From Octopus vulgaris (lineage: Eukaryota), in NCBI GenBank assembly GCA_951406725.2, contig OX597816.1:90086001-90150000 (forward strand): a stretch of 64,000 nt of DNA, given 5' to 3'. Every line of letters starts with the position of its first letter. Position 1 is the stretch's first letter. Below are positions 13,018 through 24,430 of this stretch, piece by piece. The position numbers and the translations under genes were made by a program. A model generated the notes under the pieces. It made no database searches. It had not been told where the DNA came from and saw only the letters and a program-made list of their open reading frames with translations.

Positions 13018-13160
13018 TAACAAGTAAATATATAAAAATAGCTATACTTTATAACTTTACATGGTTGTAATGGTAAATATGATGAAGACAGCAGTGTAAG
13101 AAAACCATTATAACTATGTAAACTTATAAAGTATAGCTATTTTTATATATTTACTTGTTA
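13018..13160. repeat. Long near-perfect inverted repeat (57-bp arms, 29-nt loop)
   Basis: taacaagtaaatatataaaaatagctatactttataa...ttataaagtatagctatttttatatatttacttgtta. Confidence 0.9.
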
Positions 13161-14315
13161 ACGTCAGGACAACTGTCTCTATTAGAGAAAACTTGTCAAG
13201 AGTTGATACTATGAGTTGTGTTTCACAGGGAGTTACAAGAAATATGTCTCTATTAGCCCTTTAGCATTTAATCTGGCTGGATCCATCCTCTCACACCTAT
13301 CCTACAATGTTAGACTAAAAAATTTACAATCATATAATTTAAATCTCAAGGCTACAAGACAATGCAGGATAAATTCAAAACAATGTGACTAAATAAGAAG
13401 CATGTAAGTGAACTGTATAGGTGGTCTATCCAAATATTACCAAGCAGAGCAATATTACTGAAACAGGAATTCAGTTCAAGACAAGAGATGGTGAGCGATC
13501 TATCAAGGCAATCTGCTACACATTCATTAATAAAAATACTAGCAAGATATATTCAATAAAATGTAACGCAATAGTGAAAGCTATTTTAAAAAATAGTACG
13601 AAATACACACAACAAACAAGAATTTTGAAATCTTAGGTGAAAAAATCACAGAAACAGGCCAGATTTTAAAATTTTATTCGCATAAATATTCTGAAAACTA
13701 ACCATGGGTGATCCATGTAGTATGATTAAAAACTATCTAGACATAAAGTTTACCAGCCAAGTGCTATTTATGGTAGCTCGTATCCGGTTCAGAACAATTT
13801 TTACAGGCTTTCTTTGCCTTTTAGTAGGCCTTTGATATCTTTTATTCTTACTGAAATCAAAAGTACTAATGTTCCTACTGTCGAGGACACGACAACCTCT
13901 CTAGCACTGATGCCGTGATAAAATGCACCAAATACACTGTAAAGTGACTGAAGAGCATCCAGTCGTAGAAACTATGCCAAAATTTAAACTACGATCCAGA
14001 CGTGCTGTCTGCGGTCGTCCAGACGGATAGTTGTTCCGAATAAGAACTAATTAGGTGACGGCACATTTAAAAAGTAAAAACGATTGATTGATTGATGGAT
14101 GGATGGATCTTATTGGTATATGTTCTCATAAATTGGCGATTCGGTAAAAAAAAACCACAAAATAAGTACTGGGCTCAAAAAAAAAAAAATACTGGGGTCG
14201 TTTTGTTCGTCTAAAGTTTTCAAGACGGTGCCCCTGCATGGCCGCAGTCGAATGATAGAAACAAGTAAAATATGAAAGATATACACACACATACATGTAT
14301 GAAAATCTTGGATTG

Positions 14316-14529
14316 TAGAGTCCGATTCATTTTTGTTTTTGCGCATGCAGTACTACTTTACAAAATTTAGTACAATTTATGACACGTAATATTGGACAGA
14401 ATTAAGATTTAGGGTACACAGCTAAAGAAAGGGTGGTTACGGCTGGAAAGCCACAGCTGTGATGAAATTTGCGAGCAGGCGCATGACTCATGTTTGACAC
14501 ATGCGCAAAACCCCGAATGAATCGTACTA
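14316..14529. mobile_element. Short MITE-like element
   Basis: Imperfect TIRs cgattcatt..ttttgcgcatg / catgcgcaaaa..aatgaatcg. Confidence 0.55.
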
Positions 14530-16080
14530 TTTTTTTTGGCTCAGTTTTTGTTTTAGGATGTCGGCTTTGAGCACATAAAAATTAACCGATACATATGTAC
14601 AGGTTTGTTTGTGTGGTAAGAAGCTTGCCTCGCAACCATTTAGTCTCGGGTTCAGTCCTACTGCGTGGTACCTTGGGCGAGTGAATGTAATAAATGGAAA
14701 CTGTAAGAAGCCCGTCGTATGTGTGCCTTTGTTCGACTAAACCCTTCAAAGCGATGCCCCAGGTTGGCCAGTCGAAAGACAAACAAATATATATGATTTC
14801 TATAGAAGAGTCAAGAAATTATCTATTGCGCCAAAAACTGATATCTTCGCATGTGTCTATTTTAAGAAAGATAGATAACGATAATTCACACACAAAAAAA
14901 AAAAAAGAAAAAAAAAACTAAAGAGATAAGTAGAAGGGTGTCACTCCCATTCCCGGAATTTCGTATTGACATTTATCACAGTTTCCCACCTCTCAGATTT
15001 ATGCTCACTTGAGATTATGATTTTCAAAAAGTATGCATAAATGCATAACATTTTTTGTTTTCATTTTCGACTTGCTTCGATTTTAAGATATTTTTGAAAT
15101 TTTGAAAACATAAAAAAAAAGTAAAAATGAGAAGAAAAAAAAAAAGTCGCAGGGAGAAAAAAAATTCTGAAAAACTAAAATTTTGAAACTCCATCAAATA
15201 ACTGAATTTGTGAAAATTTTTCGAAAAAGTCAAAATCGAAAATTTTGCGGGAAAGGAAGAGATGTTTTTCCCACCTGCATTTTTCTATTTGAAGTAATCG
15301 TAATCTACGATATTTATAACACACCTCCAAACAACGGTTTTTGGCGCACGAAATAAGATTGTTGTATACGTACGCCATATATATATATTTTCACACACAC
15401 ACATTTCTTTATTAGCTATAAGCTATAAAACCTAATAGTGTCGTGCATATATAGCACTTACTGAACTTGAGGCCATTATACATACAGGCACATATACATA
15501 TTACGTACGTGCGTACACATTTTCTAGAGATCAGCTGTAATGCGTAAGCAAATGCATCACATAAATTATGATGGACTGATGCGAAACTTAGTTGAGAGAG
15601 ATGTACACCCATCACAAGACTGCACGTGTATTCATACATACATCTATATATATCCATTCATGAAACTTATTCACATTCTAAAGGATCCGTGAAACTGTCT
15701 AGAAGCCAACAAAGTCACTTTGTGGGCAGCTAAAATTTTCTGTACAAAACTTTACAGCTCATTAAAAAAAGTATATGGATATATACATACATGTGCATGT
15801 ACAAACATACAATACTGTACCTGCACATCTTATGTGTGCATATGCTGATACATGCATATATATATATATATATTTGCAAGAATTTATGTGCACACACACG
15901 CATCGTTTTTTATTGAGATACATTGAAGATCTATACAAAATTGAAACTGATGACGAACAAAAGGTCGTTAAGAATCAAGACAGTTTCAGAATTGTGAATA
16001 TACTTGCAATCTTGAATGTACACGTCATTCTAGGAAGCTCATAAGTGTCTGAAATGTTTCCTAATTCTTCGGTGTGATAT

Positions 16081-16212
16081 TTAAGGATTAATATTTAGGG
16101 GATTGCAAGTGGATATCGTTTGTTCTTTCTGGAAACGCCAAACATTTTTAGTTATTTGTGCATATCTGTTGTTACATAGCCCAGTGCAGTAAGTGCAATG
16201 GGAAACTATAAA
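16081..16212 (-). CDS. Putative exon 2 (terminal) of an uncharacterised ~134-aa protein
   Basis: Branch point cttaac and acceptor cctttattctag; phase 0 matches exon 1; encodes FIVSHCTYCTGLCNNRYAQITKNVWRFQKEQTISTCNPLNINP*; AATAAA at 15909-15914 (minus). Confidence 0.45.
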   Translation of the reverse strand, partial: FIVSHCTYCTGLCNNRYAQITKNVWRFQKEQTISTCNPLNINP

Positions 16213-16401
16213 CTAGAATAAAGGAGCTGTTAAGGTTTGCTTTTATTAACCATAATGTAGGTGAAACATTTGCATATGACCTCTACAACGTATGCATGTA
16301 CCTATGTATGTGTTGATATGAACATAAATAGATCTCCGGTTTGGTGTCATATACGAAACTCTCGACCAGAGTTGCTTATGTGTGACATCAGAGCATATAT
16401 A

Positions 16402-16610
16402 TATGAGAAAACAAAAGTTAGGGTGAGCACACTTATGTAGTATAGCGACATATTCATAAGTATGTATGTGTGTGTATATACATACAAACAAACATACATA
16501 TATATATGCATGTGTGTATGTATGTATGTATGTATACACATACATATGAATATGTCGCTATATATGGCACAGCTACATAAGTGTGCTCCCTCTAACTTTG
16601 TTTCCTCATA
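16402..16610. repeat. Foldback/MITE-like hairpin inside the putative intron
   Basis: gagaaaacaaaagttagggtgagcacacttatgtag / ctacataagtgtgctccctctaactttgtttcctc and tatagcgacatattcat / atgaatatgtcgctata. Confidence 0.85.
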
Positions 16611-16809
16611 ACCCTCAGAAAAAGGGATATCACAATACATATATACATGGATGTAATATTAAAATACCAAGTAGGTATTCATATATCCAGTTTGCTCGAG
16701 AATGAAAAGAAAACAGCTTACTAACAAAAAGAAAATGCAAATAGTGCTTTAGCCTGATGCGATTGCATAATGATACAATGACAATTTGTTTGGCGTAAAA
16801 TGGTGTTAC

Positions 16810-17082
16810 CTGTGGTCTGCCTAAAACTGGCTTAACATCCTGAAAATCCGTAAAGAACGTTGATGCTGTACTGTTATTTGGCGTGTGTCCCTCAAACTGT
16901 ATAGTAGTCTGATCGAAATGTTGATGAAAAAAGTCATTGCTTTGGCTACCAATACTGGTATGATTCGGTTGACTGTAAATACTGGTTAAATTCATGATCT
17001 GAGGTGATTCTTGCTTAATATAAACTGGATCCCTTTTGCTTATATATTGTCGTCCTTTAGTCAGGGTCGCTCCACGGGGCAT
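16810..17082 (-). CDS. Putative exon 1 of an uncharacterised protein (MPRGATLTKG...DVKPVLGRPQ)
   Basis: 91 codons of non-repetitive, protein-like Q/S/T/N-rich sequence; aaaATG context; CAG|GTAACA donor where the protein-like composition ends; promoter motifs upstream. Confidence 0.6.
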
Positions 17083-17378
17083 TTTCAAAGAAATATTTAT
17101 ATATAAAATTTTAAAAAAAAACTTCCCGAAGATTTGGGACAAATACTCTCTTTAATTAATTACTTTTGAATCGTAGTTTAGGAAACTTTTAAATAGAACT
17201 GTTTAAAAATATATAGTTAAATTAATGGGGATAATAAATAATTTGTTGAATTTAACAATTTTTTAACAGTTAAATGGCATTTAGATACAGGATGATTTAC
17301 GATAGCTTATCACAGTCAATAATGGAACGTAATGGTAGCAAGTAGAATAAAGAGCTGACAACAAAGATAAATTGAAAT

Positions 17379-17561
17379 GGCGCGAAATCATATTTCCCGC
17401 GATTTGACATCACGTGAACACGCTATGAACCTGGATAAAGTAATGTCTATATCCAGCAGAAACAATGGGAAATCTCGAGTGTTGTTATGCTTGTTTATAC
17501 TCGGAAAGTTTACAGACAAAAAGTTTGGGAATTGAAATCGAAATTGCATAAATTTACCAAT
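17379..17561. promoter_or_regulatory. Motif-dense promoter region
   Basis: E2F-like GGCGCGAAA 17379-17387 and TTTCCCGCG 17393-17401; TCACGTGA 17410-17417; kB-like GGGAAATCTC 17467-17476; CCAAT 17557-17561; locally CpG-rich. Confidence 0.55.
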
Positions 17562-18760
17562 CAAATCGGTTTTTCTTTGTTTTTAAAAAAACTTATCAAC
17601 AAATAAGTATAGAAATATTATTTTCGGAATATTGATAAAAGTATTATATTTCGGATCATATAATTTATGAAAATAATTTTCATTTAATGCATTCATAACA
17701 CATTCGAATTTTTCTGAACGTTATTCATTGTCTTTTTATTCCATTAGTCATACTGTTATTTCTAGAGATTAAGTTGTATATCTTTTTTACATTTTAATGT
17801 ATGATGTGCAATGACAAATTGAACCTAGTTTTTTTTTTTTTTCTGTGGTTACTGTATATTTGACGTTCCCAACAAAGACACGAAATTAACAGATCAATTT
17901 AGTATGTTAATCAAATTCAAGCATCCTAATTCATATCTGCTACGCGTTAATCATTTGGTAGCATTATCCCTAAGTGTCGTATGAGACAATTGACGCCTCT
18001 CGCCCGCCATATCCTTTTCATAATAACAGCAGAAAACTACCATAGCAGAACAGTTACAAACCTTTTTCTTAAAATTTTCTTTAAAATTATCATGAAAGTA
18101 ACACAAAATTCAAAGTTATAATTGTTCAAGAACAACAAAGGACGGAAACAAAAGAGTTGTTTAGCCTAAGATCAGCCCTTATCTTACAGACCATAAAAGA
18201 TCAAAGAACTTCCAATCATGACCATCCCATTTTTACAAACTTTTTATAGGATTTATTGAGTTTGTCATCCCTTTTCTCTTATAAACGACAGTAGGGTAGT
18301 TTAACTGCTATTTCTAGCAAGTCTCCCACGCTGACTTAGACTGAAATTTTGGAATATCCAAGCGACAACAAAATGTGAATTCGGTTTCTTAAAAATTTAC
18401 TTAGCATGGTTGATTACTCAATAATACATACTTATTGTTAACTCCATATGTGTATTTGATGTTATAACTTAGATGCTTTTTATTTTCATTTTTAGTCAAG
18501 CAACTGGGACAAAATTTTTAAAAAAGCGAAGATCACTAAAATTTAAATGAGCGTGCGATAAAAATAGTTTTCGCTTAAACTGGAACAATACTAATCTCGA
18601 CTGATGATTCAACATATGAAAGAGAATAAGAGTATCGTCGTATGTTAAATAACCGGCCCAAAGTCACAAAAGTGACTCAACGGCTCGACGCTAACATTCT
18701 GACCTGCTATATCACTGCCATAACCAGTAATATATTGCTTAACAATGTATATATACTTAC

Positions 18761-18810
<50 letters not shown>

Positions 18811-19080
18811 GTATAGGGCTCACACGAGTAAGCACATAAGTGCAAAATAATATATACATACATACGTACGTAGATGCATACATATAAATATATATATATA
18901 TATGTATATGTATAGGGCTCACACGAGTAAGCACATAAGTGCAAAATAATATATACATACATACGTACGTACATGCATACATATATATATATATATATAT
19001 GTATAGGGCTCACACGAGTAAGCACATAAGTGCAAAATAATATATACATACATACGTACGTACATGCATACATATAAATA
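18811..19080. repeat. Three tandem copies of a ~91-99-bp unit with (TA)n spacers
   Basis: gtatagggctcacacgagtaagcacataagtgcaaaataatatatacatacatacgtacgta at 18811, 18910, 19001. Confidence 0.95.
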
Positions 19081-19160
19081 TATTTTCATTTCCTGAGCGC
19101 CTATTAATAATAATACTGTAATTGTTCCATTGTTGTTGTTTTTTGTTTCCCGTTTGGATT

Positions 19161-19224
<64 letters not shown>

Positions 19225-19229
<5 letters not shown>

Positions 19230-20509
19230 GTCATCCCATAAGTTCTGTCCGATTTTACCTTTTTTTAAATGAAATGAAATTTAATAGTATTTTAGAACGT
19301 CTAATGGAATTTAAAATTATTTTTATGCATTTGTGTACATTTAAACTAATTAAATATTATTTTACAGAATAATAGAATTAAAATTTCTTTGATTAAAACC
19401 CTTTCTAACATGAAAGTATCCAAAGAGCATTTGAGACACATAATGCTTTATGAGTACAAAAAAGGAAATTCTGCAGCCGAAGCGACTCGAAACACATTCA
19501 GTTTATGGGAAATAATGCTTGAATGAAAGAACTTGCAGAAGATGGTTTGCAAAATTCACAAGTGGAGATTTCAGCCTTGAAGATGAAGATCGAACAGACG
19601 TCCAGTTCAGTTTGATGATAAGCTCCTTGGGGCATTACTTGAAGAAAATCCTGCATTATCAGTTGAAGAATTGGCAATAAAACTTAGTTCAAACCATACA
19701 ACTATTCATCGTCATCTCCAACAACTTGGAAAGGTTCCTAAACTTGGAAAATGGGTGCCTCATGAATTGTCCGAAAGCAACCGCAAATCCCGAGTTGACA
19801 TCTGCTCTTCTCTCCATTCTTGCGAACTCATTTCACCCTTTTTGGATAGACTTGTGACTGGTGACGAAAAATGGATCTTCTATCGAAATGTTAAACGTCG
19901 TAAACAGTGGTTTGGTAAAAGGGAAAAGGCTCAACCACAACCGAGAAGGGAACTTCATGGGAAAAAGGTTCTTCTCTCTATCTGGTGGAATTGCAAAGGA
20001 GTAATTCACTTTGAATTGTTACCACCTATTGCAACAATCAATGCTCAAGTCAACTGTCAGAAATTAGAGTGTTTGAACCAAACTCTGAAGAAAGAAAAGA
20101 CCCGCTTTAGTGAATCGAGGAGTGATGTTTCATCAGGGCAATGTGCGACCCAACACTGCAAAGATCATATCACACAAGATCGAAGAGATTGGTTGGGAAA
20201 AAATTATTGATCCACCTTATTCTCACGACCTTGCTCCTTCGGACTACCATTTGTTTTGTAGTTTACAGAATCAATTGAGGAACATAACTTTCGCCACCCA
20301 GGAAGAGGTCGAAACTGCTATTTCAGAGTTCTTCGCTTTGAAACCCAAAGAGTTTTAGATTGATGGGGTTAAAATGTTTGTAAATAGATGGAAGAAAGTC
20401 ATAGATAATCAGGGAAAGTACATTGATGATAAAATTTCAATTAAATATAACATTTGATCACTTGCATTCTTAATTCAAAATTTGGACTGAACTTGATATA
20501 TGACTTGAT
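19225..20509 (+). mobile_element. Full-length defective mariner transposon
   Basis: TIRs tcaggtcatcccataagttctgtccgatttt / aaaatttggactgaacttgatatatgacttga in TA context; ATG 19410; WVPHEL, TGDEKW, PPYSHDLAPSDYHLF; frameshifted. Confidence 0.95.
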
Positions 20510-20551
20510 ATATACATACATACATACATACATATATATACATATACATAC

Positions 20552-20594
<43 letters not shown>

Positions 20595-21394
20595 ATGTAT
20601 ATATAAACACACACACTTCTTTATTAAGCCTTCAAAAACAGAAAAAGTTGCAGCTTTAATAAAAGAGCCTATTGCTCTACCTTCGGTATTCGAGTAGTGT
20701 GCTTATTCGTGTAAGCGATATGTGTGTGTGTGTATTATATTATATCACCTGGTAATTTTGCTTTATATTACGATAGCGTTTCCTTGTTATGAAATGCGAC
20801 ATAATTCTAGCTTTCACACAGCATTCTGTGGTGAAAACACTATTTTATTAAGCACAGATTCTAATTGCAAAATCAATTACCAGAAAAACGAAGACTTATT
20901 GTTATTTTTCAAGTAGACGTCCTAAGATCAACGGTATTCTAGATGTGATAGGCCTGTATACTTTCAGTCGTAGAGAAAGCTATGACTACATAATCGAACG
21001 ATATTCCTTTGTCCTTTTCTTTACTTCTCTCTCACTTTTTCATCACTTTTTTTAAGACAGAAGGGCGATATTTGAAAGAAATTTAGATGCTTTTTCTCAC
21101 TTTTCGAGCGATTACTTACTGGTTGTAAGACCTTGAACAGACAAATAGCATTTAAACAATATAACTAATGAAACAATATTTTTCTAATCACTTCCCCTAC
21201 AAATACAGCTAGTTTTAACATTCTTAAAAATAAGTGTGTTAGAAAACAATTTTAAAATTTATTAAAAAGTAAATAGGGGCAAGTCATATAGAAAGTGAAA
21301 ATGATTGGTTGATTCAGAAAGGCCTATCACAACCGTGTGTGTATGTACGTGCGTGCGTGCGCAGGGGGGGGGGGAGCGCGCGCACACACACATC

Positions 21395-21654
21395 TTTTAC
21401 CTTGTTTCAGTCATTAGACTGGAGCACCGCCTCGAAGAATTTTTAGTCGAACGAATCGACCACACTACTTATTTTTAAGCCTGGCACTTATTCTATCGGT
21501 CGCTTTTGCCGAAACGCTATGTTATGGGGACGTAAACAAACCATCGCCGGTTGTCAAGCGGTGGTGGAGGGCAAACACAGACACAAAAATACCACACACA
21601 CTAGATATATATACAACGGGCTTCTTTCAGTTTTCGCCTACCAAATCCACTCAC
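21395..21654 (-). mobile_element. SINE (3' part)
   Basis: Reverse complement of SINE body and tail (gtttcagtcattagactg...gggcttctttcagttt). Confidence 0.7.
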
Positions 21655-22262
21655 AGAGAAAGTTTAAGCAAAGAATCTGCATCAAATTTGGCCAAAAGCT
21701 TGACAATACCTGCTCAGAGGCCAACGCAAAGTTGCAGAAATTTATGGAAAGGAATGTATGCATCGCACACTAGTGTATGAATGGTTCAGACATTTCCGAG
21801 ATGGCTGAAAAATGTCAATAGTGATGAACGTTCTGGGAGACTTGCAACTAGCAGAACTGAGAAAAATATCGTTGGTGTGCATGTAGCTGTGAGGGGAAAT
21901 TGTCGAATCACCATACATGAATTATCAGAAGATATGCAGATTAATTACAATTCAGTTCAGTCCATTAACCCTGAAGATTTAGGTATGAGACACGTGTCTG
22001 CCAAAACTGCTTTCAGCTGACCAAAAAGACACTCAGATTTCAGTTGCACAAGATCTCTTTGATTGGGTTGAGAACAATGAAAACTTTTTGAAAATGGTCA
22101 TAACAGGTGATGAATCATGGGTCTGTGGCTATGACTCCAAAACAAAGGCTCAGTCTGCATTGGAAGACCCCAACCTCTCCAAGACAAAGAAAGCACAAAT
22201 GAGTCAAAGTAATGTGAAGATACTGTTGACCATTTTCTTCAACTACAAGGGGATTATCCCAG
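21655..22262 (+). mobile_element. Truncated mariner transposase pseudogene (second subfamily)
   Basis: QRICIKF, DERSGRLATSRT, VITGDESWVCGYDSKTKAQS; stops and frameshifts. Confidence 0.85.
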
Positions 22263-23374
22263 AAAATGAGAGGTGGGGGAGATAAACAGATAGGTATGTA
22301 TAGATGTATATATATAAATGTGTGTGTGTATATATATATATATACACTCTTGGAGTGGTTGGCATTAGGAAGGGCATCAAGCTGTAGAAACTCTGCCAGA
22401 TCAAGATTGGAGCCTGGTGCAGCCATCTGGTTCACCAGCCCTCAGTCAAATCATCCAGCCCATGCTAGCATGGAAAGCAGACGTTAAACGATGATGATGA
22501 TGATGATATATATATATATATACATATATATATGATGATAATGATGATGTTGGTTTCACAGTATCGCCTATCAGATGCTGTTATATACTGCTGGTGTCAA
22601 TGCGCTTGCAATTTTGTCATGATTGTGCCATTCTTTTCCATCTTGACCCAAATTGCCTGACCTAAATTGTTTTCCTATCATTGAGAAAGCTTTCCAAGTG
22701 GTCTTTTCCAATTTCTTGGATATCACTTGGCAACTACACATAGATATCTTTTACATACCTTTTTCTGAATCACTGTTGCCCTAATGAAATTTCTTACACA
22801 CAAGCAGATACTATATACTTTCATAAAGAATGAGAGTGAAGTAAAAATGTATAGAGAGAGGGAAAGTTTACCATGAGAAAAACAAAATACGAAAGTGATA
22901 AATGAATAGTGAACCTCTCTGTTGCTGTTTACAGATTTTGAAATTTTTCAAATTTGATATTTACGTTTTCCTGTAAAATCTATTCCAGAAAAAGTTTTGT
23001 AAAATGTGAGAGAGGTTTAGCATGTGATCATTTTTACCCAATTAGAAAACAGGATTTTTGTATGCAATAGCTATGACAAAATGAAAGTAAACATGAGATA
23101 ACCAGGTTTTAAACAAAATGAAAGTAATGCATGAGAGTTAATACATATGAAAAGAAAGTGAGTGGCAAAGAGTATGGAAAATTACAGAGAGAGAGAGAGA
23201 TTTATGGTGATAGATAGAGAGTGGGAGAATTGTCGATCTGAAAGTTGAGTTATTTGTGGTAGAGGACTATATTTTTCTGTTCTTTGATTTTGAAATCAAA
23301 TTCGTTTTTCTTGAGGACACATCATTTCAAAGCCCCTCTGGACTAAACACACATACATGACCACATACACTCAC

Positions 23375-23705
23375 ATACCAGTGCTGGTGGTACGTAAGAG
23401 AACCATCCGAACGTGGCCATTGCCAGCGCCACCCCAACTAGCCTCGTGCCGGTGGCACGTAAAAAGCACAATCCAATCGTGGCTGTTTGCCAGCCTCGTC
23501 TGGCACCTGTGCCAGTGGCATGTAAAAAGCACCCACTACACTCACGGAGTGGTTGGCGTTAGGAAGGGCATCCAGCCGTAGAAACATTGCCAGATCAGAC
23601 TGGGCCTGGTGCAGCCTTCTGGCTTTCCAGACCCCAGTTGAACCGTCAAACCCATGCTAGCATGGAAAGCGGATGCTAAACAATCATGATGATGATGATG
23701 ATGAT
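23375..23705 (+). mobile_element. RTE LINE 3'UTR
   Basis: Subrepeats and (gat)n tail; a shorter copy lies at 22345-22507. Confidence 0.85.
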
Positions 23706-23771
23706 TGTATGTGTATGTGTGTGTATGTATGTATGTTTGTACGTACATATGTATATATATATATATATATA

Positions 23772-23930
23772 AGGATTAGAATCGAAGGGCCTTAGAGTCA
23801 ATCTAGCTAAAACCAAAGTCCTAATAAGTAGGAAGGTAGACAAATCACAAACGCTTTCAGGTAGATGGCCCTGCTCGATCTGTAGAAAAGGTGTAGGTAG
23901 AAACTCTATAAGATGCACCAAGTGTAAGCT
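23772..23930 (+). mobile_element. RTE RT fragment
   Basis: GLESKGLRVNLAKTKVLISRK...GRWPCSICRKGVGRNSIRC. Confidence 0.85.
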
Positions 23931-24199
23931 TTTGTTTCTTCTTTGCAGAAGTGTCTGCTAAAACACTTAGTCAATTTCTAAATGACTTCACACATATGTG
24001 AGGAGATAGTGGAAAATGATTATTCAGTTGAGATATAGCATATTTTCAAGTGTTTTACCAGTGAAATAAAAATTCAATTAAAATGAGCCACTGCCTCTGT
24101 TTAAGTCCCTGACTTCCACATCATCTGGAAGTTCATTGGAAACTTCTAGAATGTTTTAGATCCTTGTTTTGTTTTGCTTTCCTGCTTAACCGCCAGGGG

Positions 24200-24430
24200 T
24201 CACTACATAACTCAGACAAGAAGTCGATAAGCAAAATCATAGTAGTGATCTATGTTGTGTTTGCGGTGCACGTGGCAGTGTTGGTGTAGGAGTGAATGTG
24301 CGTGGTATGTCAGGTTCTGGAATGAGATTTTCTGAGAAAGCCTTTTTTATTCTCTTGATGGATATTGTTTCTATTCAACCATTGGAAGCTGGGTGATAAT
24401 TTGTTGTATGAATTGATTTTATCCTATTTT
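24200..24430 (-). mobile_element. Gypsy-like integrase remnant
   Basis: Minus-strand IKSIHTTNYHPASNG*IE resembles the integrase TTAYHPQSNG.VE motif; followed by ISIKRIKKAF. Confidence 0.5.

Noticed and set aside
18645-19073. 142-aa and 91-aa ORFs; superficially CRISPR-like repeat array
   Set aside because: Translations of a tandem repeat; the spacers are only (TA)n, there are no cas genes and the context is eukaryotic
19671-20358. SETMAR-like host gene or active transposase
   Set aside because: No SET domain; bounded by TIRs; frameshifts and a mutated second catalytic Asp (HQGN)
23931-24005. Strong plus-strand acceptor followed by EVSAKTLSQFLNDFTHM*
   Set aside because: No recognisable homology or upstream exons; insufficient support
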